From positions 37,386,138-37,446,700 of the forward strand of contig NC_057719.1 of assembly GCF_004010195.1 (NCBI RefSeq): a stretch of 60,563 nucleotides of DNA, written 5' to 3'. Below, in pieces: positions 1-11,768 of this stretch. The stretch is from Chiloscyllium plagiosum. Taxonomy: Eukaryota. The notes under the pieces are model-generated. The model saw only the letters and a program-made list of their open reading frames with translations. It ran no database searches and was not told the origin of the DNA. Both the position numbers and the translations under genes were made by a program. Within the stretch, counting starts at the first letter, position 1. Every line of letters starts with the position of its first letter.

Positions 1-869
1 TCAATTTCTCCTTCATTACATTGTCCCCTATTATTACTGCGTTCCCTTTTACCCCAGTGACTTGAATTGCTCCATGAGGGGTGTAGCAGAAATGTATTCA
101 ACCACAATCAGTAACCCCATGGAATAGCATTTCCATCAATAGCAAGCCAGGGACCAATACTCGCTCAAGGAGGAATTCAGGAGGGCTTGATAATAGTAAC
201 ATTAGGTCAATCTAAAACATGAAGTGTCAGCCTGGTAAAGCTACTACATAGGACTGCATGCATCTAAACAGCAAGCAACATGTAGTATAGAGAAATAAAC
301 TGGGATTATACAAAGCTCATTTTTACCTCCTTAATGGCTTATGTGTTCCAAATAGCTAGTCAAGGTAATGTATTTTTTCCATATAAATTAGGAGATTTCA
401 TTAAGCGAAATTGCACCTCCTTCTTTCCCCAAGCCATCAATGCTAGGGGATTGGAACTGCAGCTATATGCTAGTCTATTGGTAGGCTCCCTTCACAATGC
501 AGACCTGGCAGCTGTGGCCTCCCTTATTTTAACATTTTTCTTTGAAGTCTTCAGAGTGGTCTGCATTCTTGATGTCCTCTTGTGGTCTCCCATCTACATT
601 GGATGTGCCTATCTCTGTTTAAATGGGACTGTCCAGCTTTGAGAGCCTTGGACAGTTCCGCTCAACTTGCTTGCTATTTGCTTGCTGCTGGGAAGATTGT
701 GAAGTGGATGGGGGGGGGGCAATGTGTTCTTCAGGAACCACTGGGGTCAGTATTCAGAAGTGGTGACAGCTGACATTCAAAAACAAAGAAATAAGATTTT
801 CTCTGAAGAAGCATACAGTACAGAAGGCAGCAGACATTCAGCCCATTGAAATTCTTTAAAAGAACCATT

Positions 870-1420
870 AAGATGCTGTCACTCTCTTATTCTTAACCTG
901 ACCCCATCCCCACATTCCCATAACTATCACCACAGCCCAATGGCTGGCAAATGTTTCATTTCCAAAATTGTATTCAATTCCCTCTTTCAAATACCATTAA
1001 ATCTACTTCCGATAATCTTCCCAGCAGTACATTACAAATTTTAATTTGTTGCATTTTAAAATAAACTCTCCTCATTACCCTTCTGGTCATTTTAGCCAAT
1101 TACCTTTAGTTTGTACTACCTTATCATCACCCCTCCCTGAACTGAAACTATTACAGCGAACCTACTTTAACATAACCATCAATATTTCTCTCCTCCAAGG
1201 AGAATGTTCACAGCTTTCCTAACATTTGCATTTAACTAAATTCCCTCATTCCGGGTGCCCTCAGCTCTGAGAACATTTTGGTAAATCTCCTCTGTACTAT
1301 CTCCAAAGCTTTGATATCCTTTCTCAAATGTGCTGCCAGAATCGGATATAATTCTCCAGCTGAGGCCAAATCAGAGATTTATAAAGGTTTAGCATAAATT
1401 ACTTATCCGCTGTTCTTTGG
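870..1420 (-). mobile_element. Old degraded CR1 LINE 3' fragment
   Basis: Decayed reverse complement of the CR1 RT C-terminus and 3' UTR (e.g. ttttggtaaatctcctctgtac). Ends approximate. Confidence 0.55.
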
Positions 1421-1931
1421 AATCAACTGTTTAATCGCAATCTGAATCCCATAGCAATTGAACCAAGATGTTGTAATTTTACAATGAATTAAATTGAAGG
1501 TAATAACTTAATTTTGGGTCTCATCGCCAGCTAATATATTCACATAATGGTGTACAGGAATAATACTACAGTATTACTGTTTTCTATATATTTGAGAATC
1601 TTTTTCTGTTCTAGTGATATATCTTTGCTCTCTGCGCCTTCTCTAGCAGAATAGAAGTAACAAGAGCAATATCTCATTTAGACATATTTATCAAAACACC
1701 AGAACCAATGCTTGTTCAAAGAAGAGTGCAGGAGTGCATGACATGATCAGCACTAGGAACATCTAAAATGAAGTGTCAACCTGGTGAAGCTATCACACAA
1801 GGATACATGCATCCAAACTATACAAGCAACATGTGGTAGAGAGGAATAAACTGGGATTACACAAAGCTTGCTTTCATTTTTACCTACTTAATGACTTGCG
1901 TGTTCTAAATTGTTAGTCAAGATAATGTCTT

Positions 1932-3502
1932 GAAATGCATAAAGGTGGATAAATCCCCAGGACCTGATCAGGTGTATCTTAGAACTCTGTGGGAAGCTAG
2001 GAAGTGATTGCCGGGTCCCTTGCTGAGAAATTTGTATCATTGATAGTTACAGGTGAGGTGCCGGAAGACTTTAGGTTGGCTAATGTGGTACCACTAATTA
2101 AGAAAGGTGGCAAGGAAAAGCCAGGGAACTATAGACCGGTGAGCCTGACGACGGTAGTTGGAGGGAATCCTGAGGGACAGGATTTACATGTATTTGGAAA
2201 AGCAAGGACTGATTAGGAATAGTCAGCATGGCTTTGTGTGTGGGAAATCATGTCTCATGAACTTGATTGAGTTTTTTGAAGAAGTAACAAAGAGGATTGA
2301 TGAGGGCACAGCAGTGGACTTCAGTAAAGTGTTTGACAAGGTTCCCCATGGGAGAGTGGTTAGCAAGATTAGATCTCATGGAACACAGGGAGAATAGCCA
2401 TGTGGATACACAACTGGCTCAAAGGTAGAAGACAGAGGTTGGTGGTGGAGGGTTGTTTTTCAGACTGGAGGCCTGTGACCAATGGAGTGTCACAAGGATT
2501 GGTGCTGGTCACTACTTTTCATCATTTATATAAATGATCTGGATGCGAGCGTATGAGGTATAGTTACTAAATTTGCAGATGACACCAAAATTGGAGGAGT
2601 ACTGGACAGCGGAGAAGGTTACCTTGGAGTACAATGGGATCTTGGTCAGACGGGCCAACGGGCTGAGGAGTGGCAGATGGTGTTTAATTTAAATTAATGT
2701 GAGGTGCTGCATTTTGGAAAAGCAAATCTTAGCAGGACTTGTACACTTAATGGTAAGGTCCTGGGAGTGTTGCTGAACAATTGGATCTTGGAATGCAGAT
2801 TCATAGTTCCTTGAAAGTAGAGTTGCAGGTAGATAGGATAGTGAAGAAGGCGTTTGGTAAGCTTTCCTTTATTGGTCAGAGTATTGAGTACAGGAGTTGG
2901 GAGGTCATGTTGCGGCTGTACAGGACAATGGTTAGGCTACATTTGGAATATTGCATGCAATTCTGGTCTCATTCCTATTGGAAGGATGTTGTGAAAATTG
3001 AAAAAGTTCAAAAAACATTTACAAGGATGTTGCCAGGGTTGGAGGATTGGAGCTACACAGAGAGGTTGAATAGGCTGGGGCTGTTTTCCCCGGAGCGTTG
3101 GAGGCTGAGGGGTGACCTTATTGAGGTTTATAAAATCATGAGGGGCATGGATAGGATAAATAGACAAGGTCTTTTCCCTGGGATGGGGGAGTCCAGAATT
3201 AGAGGGCATAGGTTTAGGGTGAGAGGGGAAAGATATAAAAGGCACCAAAAGGGGAACCTTTTCATGCAGAAGTGTGCGTGTATGGAATGAGCTGCCAGAG
3301 GAAGTGGTGGAGGCTGGTGCAATTATAACATTTAAAAGGCATCTGGATGTGTATATGAATAGGAAGGGTTTAGAGGGACATGGGCTAAGTGCTAGTAAAT
3401 GGGACTAGATTAAGTTAGGATATCTGGTCGGCATGGATGAGTTGGACCGAAGGGTCTGTTTCCATGCTGTTCCAACCACATCTCTATGATTCTATGACTC
3501 AA
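1932..3502 (+). mobile_element. 5'-truncated CR1 LINE (RT region and 3' tail)
   Basis: ORF pieces KPGNYRPVSLT, QHGF, DFSKVFDKVPH, KFADDTK, RLRGDLIEVYKI. Tail ctctatgattctatgactc. TSD aatgtctt at 1924-1931 and 3503-3510. Confidence 0.95.
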
Positions 3503-3880
3503 AATGTCTTTCTACAGAAATTAAGAGTCATCATTAAACGAAATCTCCCTTCTGACACCCTTCCCTCTTAACCCCCAGCACCTCAATTACCACGCCATCA
3601 ATGCCAGGAGACTAGAATTTCAAATGTATGCTATTCTATGGATCGGTTTCCCTTTCACAATTCAGCATTACCTCCTGTGTTTCTTCTGACCATGCCCAAC
3701 AATCAAAGCTCAAATGATTAAATGCGAAGTTTTGGACAAATAGTGTAGACCAGCACAAGCCACATTTTCAAATTAAAAAGAATAATGATGCATATAGGAC
3801 AAAAATCTACTGTCAATGTTGCTGAAAAGCCAGTGGTGACTAGTTTGACCTGTATGTACGCCCTAGAAAGGCTTGCTCAC

Positions 3881-4135
3881 CGTTTTTCCATTTTGTCAGT
3901 CAGAAATGTCCTTGACCGATTCTGGGGTCGCTTCCTCTGCTCCTCCAACCACAAACCCTCCCCAAAAACCAAGAACTTGCCACAAGGAGAAATAAATTGC
4001 AAGGCATCGTCGGATTGTGCCATGCCCTTGTCACCCAAATATTGCAACCGAGCAAAATTGGGTAAAAGTAGCATTTTGTTTTTGTCACGTTGCGTGCACC
4101 TCTGAAGGAGTTCAATCACTCTTTCTTGCAAATAT
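3881..4135 (-). CDS. Candidate alternative first or cassette exon of EML1
   Basis: Frame open 4179-3880, with in-frame ATGs at 4074 and 4023 (GGCATGG). The donor ACG|gtgagc is phase 2, the same as the donor at 7306. A possible phase-2 acceptor (ttaag|A at 4135) gives 255 nt. Confidence 0.45.
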
Positions 4136-5199
4136 CTTAATTTAGAAAGACCTTTAAAAACTTGCTGTTTAAATAAAATTCAGAGATAGTGGCATGGATG
4201 TCTGAAAGCATGCCCATTAATGATGCTCAATAATGTCATTATTTAAGAATTCCATCTAATTAGTCAAAGGAAGATTTCCCTTAATGAAAACTCATTTATA
4301 TTGGGAGAAACATTATCCTGACTAGCAATTTAGAACACATTAGCCACTAAGGAGGTGAAAATGAAAGCAATCTTTGCATAATCCCAGCTTTGTTCTACTG
4401 CAGCTAATCAATACAATATTAATTTGACCATCTGGGACAGCATTTCACTTTAATCTTGTTCCACTAAACATTAATGAAAAAAAGAATTTTATCCATTGAG
4501 CAGCTTATTCGGATTTTTAAAATGACCTTTGTGTCATATTTAGCAGCACTTTAAATTATTACTTATGCAGCTGTTAATAACGTGTCCTTGCTACGTTTGC
4601 TGTTACGTGTGTATGTGTGTGTGTGTGCCAGGTCATTTTGACAACCTTCGGTCTGTGCAGCCTTTTTTCAAAGTAACTCAATTATTCGAGCAAAGCTATT
4701 CAGCATATATAAGCATAAAGTCATTAAAATACTATCCAACTGTCCAAATCTGCTGGGAATAAATTTATCCTTGTAAATTAAATGAAGTTTCTTCCTGGGA
4801 ACGATGCCAAGAATTTAATCATTACTAACAGCTGAAATAAAAAAAAGTTAAACTATAAATCTTTTAATGTTAATTTATAAATATTTAAGCCATGAAACAA
4901 ATAATTTTTTAAAAGATGTTGTATCTCAGCAGAAAAGCAATGTGAAGCAGACATGTACTTTGTAATTATGAAATATGCTCCTGAACAAAGAATAACTGAT
5001 AGAAAATATTACATCAAGGGCTACATTAATAGAAGCTACACAATCTGTCAGTCACAATAAAGGCTTAAATAACACACTGCCATGTTGTTATATTGAGCAG
5101 TTCATCATTGGCCAGAGATTCAAATAAATGATTTAAAAATTGACAACAGTATCGTGAATGGGCTTACTTTTTTTTTAAAAAAAGCAAAGGTATACTTGC

Positions 5200-5410
5200 A
5201 CTTTTTATTCATTCACAGAAGGTGAGAACCACTGTCAAGGCCAGCATTTATTGCTCTTGAAAGGTAGTAGTGAGCTACCTTCTTTGACCCTTACAGTCAG
5301 TGTAGAGAAGGTACTTCCAAAATTCCAGTATTTTAATCATGTGGTGATGGAATGCTAATATATTTTCAAGTCAGGATGATGTGTGACTTGGAGGGCTACT
5401 CGCAGTTGGT
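5200..5410 (-). mobile_element. 3' tail fragment of the LINE family seen at 52.0-54.8 kb
   Basis: ggccagcatttattgc is the reverse complement of that family's aataaatgctgg tail. Confidence 0.55.
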
Positions 5411-6315
5411 GAGCTGTTGAGTGTAGTCAGAATCCATGTAGTCTCGTTCACATTCGGTCAATCTTCACAGCATGCGAGCAATAGAAGTATTCAACCAGTG
5501 GCCATTATGTTTGCTGCAAACTTTAATTACAGCTATTAGACTGTGATACAGAATTAATCTAAAATGCATTTACCAACGCAGTAGAGTGGCACTATGGGAT
5601 GTAAGATTTCCTCAGTCACCTCAGCACACATGCAAACTATGGGAAGCAATTGATTGCTTTAAACAGCTTTCATACAAAAAAGATGCTTTGATGTAGAAAA
5701 TGGCTTGCTTTGTTTAATGATCACTGTTTGATCTCATTACCAAAAGCTCAGTTTGAGAAAAGCAGCTTTCAATTTGTAACCAAGAGAGAGGAAAGAAGAA
5801 TGAAAGGAAAAAAGACAAAGTGGCCTTGACTACATTTATTAAAAAAAGTTGTTTTAAAGGTGTAAGAATCAAGTCTTATTCTTACACATCATCTTTATAA
5901 AGGGTCTTAATTAATTGCATTCATTAGTACTCATCTGTTCAGAATAGTTTCGCTTACAGAAGTAACATAAACCTTAAGAATCATTCCAGATTCTATTACA
6001 CCAGAATCACTGCATCTTTTATGGTTCAAGGAGTTCCAGTTGGATTTGTCATGACACTATAAAAATTTGGCAAAAGCTTCCTTAACAGCCCAATGTTTTT
6101 TTTTCCCCTCAATGACTAGTTGAGCCATACAAGCTAGAAACATTCTCCACTGGTGCTCAACATGTGCTGATTTAACCAATGTAAGCTAGCTGGAGTGGGG
6201 TGGAGTGTATAACAGTATAATAATTGGTCGCAGAACCCTAATTACCAAGTGGGCAACTGAACGGTAATCCTTATTTTGGTAGTTATCAGCAATTGGAAGT
6301 GTGTATGTGCAATTT

Positions 6316-6530
6316 TCCAAGGCTATGTTTGGACTAGATTGTGATAGAGCTTTTGAGTTGAGAGGTACTGAAACCATGGCAAATACAATTACCTAATATG
6401 TTGATTAGATTACATTACAGTGTAGAAACAGGCCCTTCGGCTCCAAGGCTATGTTTGGACTAGATTGTGATAGAGCTTTTGAGTTGAGAGGTACTGAAAC
6501 CATGGCAAATACAATTACCTAATATGTTGA
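6316..6530. repeat. 89-bp perfect direct repeat flanking a 37-nt HE1-type SINE tail
   Basis: 6316-6404 is identical to 6442-6530. The spacer 6405-6441 is the SINE 3' end on the minus strand (compare 25621-25665). Confidence 0.9.
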
Positions 6531-7305
6531 GACAAATGATACATCAAAGAAAACTAAAGAAAGCAGTTTGGTCCACAGAAAATTCAAGCTTTCAGGAAGA
6601 CACTACAAATGAGCATCTCATTAGCAAAAGAATTTTACCTTTCACACTCCCAGTGTAGAACTACTCTTCTTTTTTTGTGTCATCTATCAATTTCACTCAT
6701 TTTCCTTTAATTTTCTGAATACAGATCATTAATAAATAAATCATCTATACCAAGCCCTGGTCATGCCAATCAGTGCCATATTACCCAACATAACTCCTAA
6801 CATTGTTTAATAGCTTTGAGCCAACTTCTTTTCCATTCCCAATTTCCACATGCTAATTAATGAACTTTCATTTTAAGTATTGTTTGGACATTGAGATAAC
6901 CATAATGAATGTTTTCTCAATCACGTCTTCAAAAGAATTAGACAAGTCTTCTCTACTTCACAGTGAATGTGGACATGCCAGAAAGAATCGCCATAATAAT
7001 CCGAAAACAAACAATGGCTGTCTTAAAAACAGGTTTGAAAATATATATAATTGGAATTATGCAGAATGATAGGAAGATTAATATATAATGGGGCATAATA
7101 GAAAATGTAATCAGCCCTAATAGGATACATCAAATATAACTGTGATATTATTTAATGACAAAGCAGGTGTAATGCTTCTATTTCACAGTGTATAATGCGT
7201 TGCTTTGAGAAATAAAGAAATTGCTTAGCACCAGGGGCATCCGAGGGATATACTGAAGATTATAAAATGGTACCTGCTGCTTTTTTGCCTGGAGTTCATT
7301 CTCAC

Positions 7306-7435
7306 CTTTTGGTTGCTGGTGTTATATCCTTCCTGACTCCAGATGGAGATGGCAGAGATCCACATCCCTTCTTTGGTAGTACAGTTCCATTGTTGACTGT
7401 AGGCCTTAATGGCAGGGCTTGCACTATAGGTCTTG
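7306..7435 (-). CDS. EML1: EML1 coding exon (basic/Ser-Pro linker after the coiled coil)
   Basis: Translates as (A)RPIVQALPLRPTVNNGTVLPKKGCGSLPSPSGVRKDITPATK, matching recalled human ARPLMQTLPLRTTVNNGTVLPKKPTGSLPSPSGVRKETAVPATK. Acceptor gctttacag, donor AAG|gtgaga, 130 nt, phase 1-2, in frame with the 21.5 kb exon. Confidence 0.94.
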
Positions 7436-8264
7436 CTGTAAAGCAAGCAAAAGCATATTACTATTCTTTGTAGAGTAAATATTCATCTTACTTTTGAAGT
7501 AAAGCCAGACATGGGTTGTAACTTTTTCATCAGTTTTCAAATAGGAGATCAATACTGTAAAGGAATGAGCATCTCTTTGCGACATTGGAACAAAAATCAA
7601 TAGTTTCAAACCAAATGAGTTACTGCCTTGAAATTTTTCTGTGAGATAATTGTCACAAATGTTCATTTGCTTGTCTGAAGTTCTTCACTCTTTTGCTTTA
7701 GTGAAGACAATACCTTCAGTGAAACAAACTGTTGGGTGTCTATGCTAGGAATGGAGTTTCAGATGAAAGCTTTAAGCATTGGTAAACTTTGAAATCTATG
7801 ATCCCTGGTTGTAAATTCAGAGCTCAGTTCATATATTTTCATGAGATAAGGAAGAAAAAATACAACAAAATATTCAGTTCTATTATGCTAATTTTTCAAT
7901 AAAACCATAACAGAAGTAATACTTTAAAAAAATGCTTACATGTTACAAGATACTATCATTTATACTTCTGAAGTGACACTGCAAACTGAAACTATACTTC
8001 CCAACATTACTTTATAATTCTAAACCATTTCAAGACAATAAAAGAGATAAGGGATTGTACAGCAAGCAATACTTTCAGGTTGGCAAGGTAAAAATGATAA
8101 TTTCACTTTTCTCAGATTTGAGGTCACATTCAAATAATATAGGTGGGTAAGATACGCAGGAAGAGCCAAACATTTTGAATGGAGATTTGGATCAACACTT
8201 CCAAATCAGGAGTGACGCCACAAGGGTTTACACTGATGTTGCTGGATAGTGTGTGAAACAGGGC

Positions 8265-8392
8265 AAAAATGAGGACTGCAGATGCTGGAAACCAGAGTTT
8301 AGATCAGAGTGGTGCTGGAAAGACACAGCAGGTCAGGCAGCATCCAAGGAGCAGGAAAATCGATGTTTCGAGCAAAAGTCCTTCATCAGGAA
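8265..8392 (-). mobile_element. Solo PLE terminal-repeat fragment with degenerate hammerhead motif
   Basis: Same sequence as the ends of the RT-bearing PLEs at 11.1 and 49.0 kb. Minus strand reads CTGATGA-AGGAC-TTTT-GCTC-GAAAC-ATC. Confidence 0.8.
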
Positions 8393-10042
8393 CAGATCCG
8401 AGGAGTGTGCGAAATAACCAGAACTAAGTCATCAACTTAGATTTAAAAAAAAATAAAGTGCTAAACCTGAGCTTCCCAAATTGTATCAATCAAACCTTTG
8501 TGAAACAGGCTGATACGTAGACCACTGCAACAATACCTTTTTTTTCAATATTTGCTGTCTTTGTGCTTTCTTTGCTCTATTTGTAAACATTTTTGAAAAA
8601 TGTTCTTAATTATCAAAAGCATAATGATTTGTAATATTATCTGCAATCTACTTAGGTACAATAATCCTATTGTTAAATGAGGGAGCAAACGTAATAAGGT
8701 CTGTGTGTATGTATGCATGCAACTTAATAATTTCTTAAGGAGACTGTTTTGACATTATGCATGATCAGTCAGATAGGACCATGAATACTATTCTGCATGT
8801 TAGATAGATGAGGTAAATTATGCCACACACTCCACAATGCAAAATCCTACTTCTAAAGTGGAATTATGTATAACTCTGTTCATTCCTTTGAAGCCACAAA
8901 TATGCAAACAAATATACCCAGGGGTATAACTCAAAAGATGTAGTGTCAGATTAGAAAGCAATTGCTTTGCTTTAGAGTAATATTTGCCTTTGTTTGTTTA
9001 GATTCTCCCAAAAGTGAGAAAACCAGCAGAAAATGATTATCTCTTTATCACATTTCTATGTTTTCCTCCAGATTGGTTGGTGCCTACAAAGAGTGAAATA
9101 TTGAAGCATAATGCCTAAGATGTCATCACATGCATCCCATTTATGATGTGCATAGAGCTTAGATCATTCATTTTTAAGTTAGGAAAATTACTAGTAGAAT
9201 TATTCGTGGTTGAACACAACAAATTCTTCTCTCTCACCTTAACGAATTAACTTGTTTGTTTCTCTCTGCTAAAATAGTACAGAGAGGAATTGTATATAAG
9301 ACAGTAAATACAATTAAATCGATCTTAATATACTTTTTATTTCATGACCTCACTTTAAAGATCAAAGTCTCTCCATTCCCAGGCATCCATTACAGTGGCA
9401 TTGCACTGAAAAGCAGAAAATGGACAGAAATTCAATCCTAGTGATGTCACTTCCAGGGGATGGGGGACTAGGGATGTAGGAAAAATCTCCTTCAAAAATG
9501 AAAAGCACTTTGTTTAAGTATTTACTTGGGAGCTGTCCACAGTACATGTCATTATCTGCCATTCCATTTGAGAATTACACCTGAATGAAATGGATATCTG
9601 GGTTACAAGGCAGTGTTAACTAAATAAAAGGGTGCGAAAATGACACTAGTTTTAACCAGTATTTCTCCTGGCACTTAGGTTTTCAAGAGCCTTTTTGCCA
9701 ATTGTTTGTAAAAGAATTATTTTCCCTAGCTGCAAAGGGAATCTTGCAGCTGGGTAGTTGGTTAGGATCAATAAGTAAAGCAGCTACAGATAAACAAGGG
9801 TAAACCCAGCAGCAGACATAGGTAAATATACCTTGCTCTGGCAGACAGATGGTGCATTTGGCCATATTTCTTCACTGAAAGCTAGGAAAGCAGATCCCAG
9901 GGTATTGGCAATATCTGTGAATATCTAAATAACTTTATTTAGGACAGTGCTTCAGATGCAAGCCAATCAAAATATAGCATGTAGCATATTCAGTGGTAGT
10001 GTAAAAGAAAGGGTTTGTGACGAACAATAGATATGCAGTGAT

Positions 10043-10078
10043 GGGCGGAGCCTACCAATAGACCACCAATGACACGTG
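10043..10078. promoter_or_regulatory. GC-box, two CCAAT boxes and an E-box in one cluster
   Basis: GGGCGGAGC (10043-10051), CCAAT (10055-10059 and 10066-10070) and CACGTG (10073-10078) within 36 bp of AT-rich intron. Confidence 0.45.
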
Positions 10079-10419
10079 CAAGCTCTGATACAGCTCCAAG
10101 GAATGGCCTTAAGGAAATTTTGGGGTTATTGAGGAATCCGATGTATAACTTGCTAGAGGACATACGCTTCTATTATACAGAATGGGATCAGCACATTCAA
10201 TGACAATCACCATCATCTGTATCACGGTTGGATTTCCTTGCAGGTATTTTCTGAAGATTGCATAATAGAATGTCACAAAAAGCCTCCTTTCTCCACCCCT
10301 TTCAGATTGGGTCCCTCTATTATGCGTACAATTAGAGAAGGGTGTGCTGATGCTATCAAAAAGGTTTTACTTGAATGTTATCAGAATTGAGTGATTATAC
10401 CCATCAGAAATGATTTGAG

Positions 10420-10790
10420 CGGGCTGGGGTCTTTTCTTTCGAACTGATAAGACTGAAGAGTAACTTTATGGAGGCCTTTAAGGTTATGAAAAGTTTTGAT
10501 AGGGCAGACTCTGCAAAAACGTTTCCACTCGCTGGTGAAACAAGAATAATGGGTTGTAAACATAAAATAGTCACTAATAAATGCAACAGGGAATTCAGGA
10601 TCAATTTCTACCCTGAGTGATGTAAATGTAGAACTCATTACCACAAGTAGTAATGGAAACAAATAACATGGGTACATGATAGGGAAAGCAGGTATAAACA
10701 TGAGCTGGGGTGTAGATAAAGGAATAGAGAAGTTTGACGCAGAAGGTGGGAACGCTGCACCAAATGGTTTCTTTTTGTGCTGCAAACAGT
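10420..10790 (+). mobile_element. Old CR1 3' fragment
   Basis: Decayed LGxFSxExxRLxxxxxExFK coding stretch followed by a CR1-like 3' UTR. Confidence 0.6.
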
Positions 10791-11080
10791 ACATAGCCGT
10801 GAAGAGGTTGTGTCACTGGACGCTAATCCAGAAGCCCGAACCACTGTTCAAGGGACATGGTTTCAAATCCCAACATGGTAGGTGGTAAAATTTGAATTGA
10901 GCTTGAATAAAATGGCAACCACTGCAGATTGTCATAAAGCCCAGTTGGTTCATTCACATCCTTTCAGAAAGGCAATCTGACTTTCTTACCCAGTCTGGTC
11001 TACATGTGATTCCAGACCTATAGCAATTTGGCTGACTCTTAACAATTTGATAAATGCTGACCTAATTAGAGATGTCCATG

Positions 11081-11768
11081 CGGAGAAAGTGAGGTCTGCA
11101 GATGCTGGAGATCAGAGCTGGAAATGTGTTGCTGGAAAAGCGCAGCAGGTCAGGCAGCATCCAGGGAACAGGAGAATTGACGTTTCGGCATAAGCCCTTC
11201 TTCAGGAATGGGGAAAGTTTGTCCAGCAGGCTAAGATAAAAGGTAGGGAGGGAAATAGAGAGGTCGAGGAAGGGGAGGGAGGAATGTGAGACTGTCCAGG
11301 TGAATTTGAGGTCGGGGTGGAAGGTGTTGGTGAAGTGGATGAACTGTTCAACCTCCTCGTGGGAGCACGAGGCGGCGCCGGTACAGTCATCGATGTAGCG
11401 GAGGAAAAGGTGGGGGGTGGTGCCAGTGTAGCTGCGGAAGATGGACTGTTCCACTTATCCTACGAAGAGGCAGGCATAGCTGGGGCCTATGCGGGTGCCC
11501 ATGGCTACTCCTTTTGTTTGGAGGAAGTGGGAGGATTGGAAGGAGAAGTTGTTCAGGGTGAGGACCAGTTCAGTCAGTCGAAGGAGGGTGTCTGTGGAAG
11601 GGTACTGGTCGGTACGGCGGGAAAGGAAGAAGCGGAGGGCTTTGAGTCCTTCGTGATGGGGGATGGAGGTGTACAGGGACTGGATGTCCATGGTGAAAAT
11701 AAGGCGTTGGGGACCGGGGAAGCGAAAATCATGGAGTAGGTGGAGGGCATGGGTGGTGTCCCGAACGT
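11081..11768 (-). mobile_element. Young, internally deleted Penelope-like element (RT fragment joined to terminal repeat)
   Basis: RT motifs DIQSLYTSIPH, QTKGVAMGT and LFLRYIDD lie in one frame with a single TAA at 11455-11457. TSD agatgtccatg at 11070-11080 and 11769-11779. CpG-rich. Confidence 0.92.
11175..11209 (-). ncRNA. Minimal hammerhead ribozyme motif (PLE type)
   Basis: auuc-CUGAAGA-ag-GGC-uuau-GCC-GAAA-CG-UC-aauu, with palindromic ACGU stem III and a GUC triplet. Stem I is imperfect. Confidence 0.6.

Noticed and set aside
7274..7305. Alternative donor CAG|gtacc extending the 7306-7435 exon
   Set aside because: The 32-nt extension shifts the frame, and the gtgag donor at 7306 fits the known exon.
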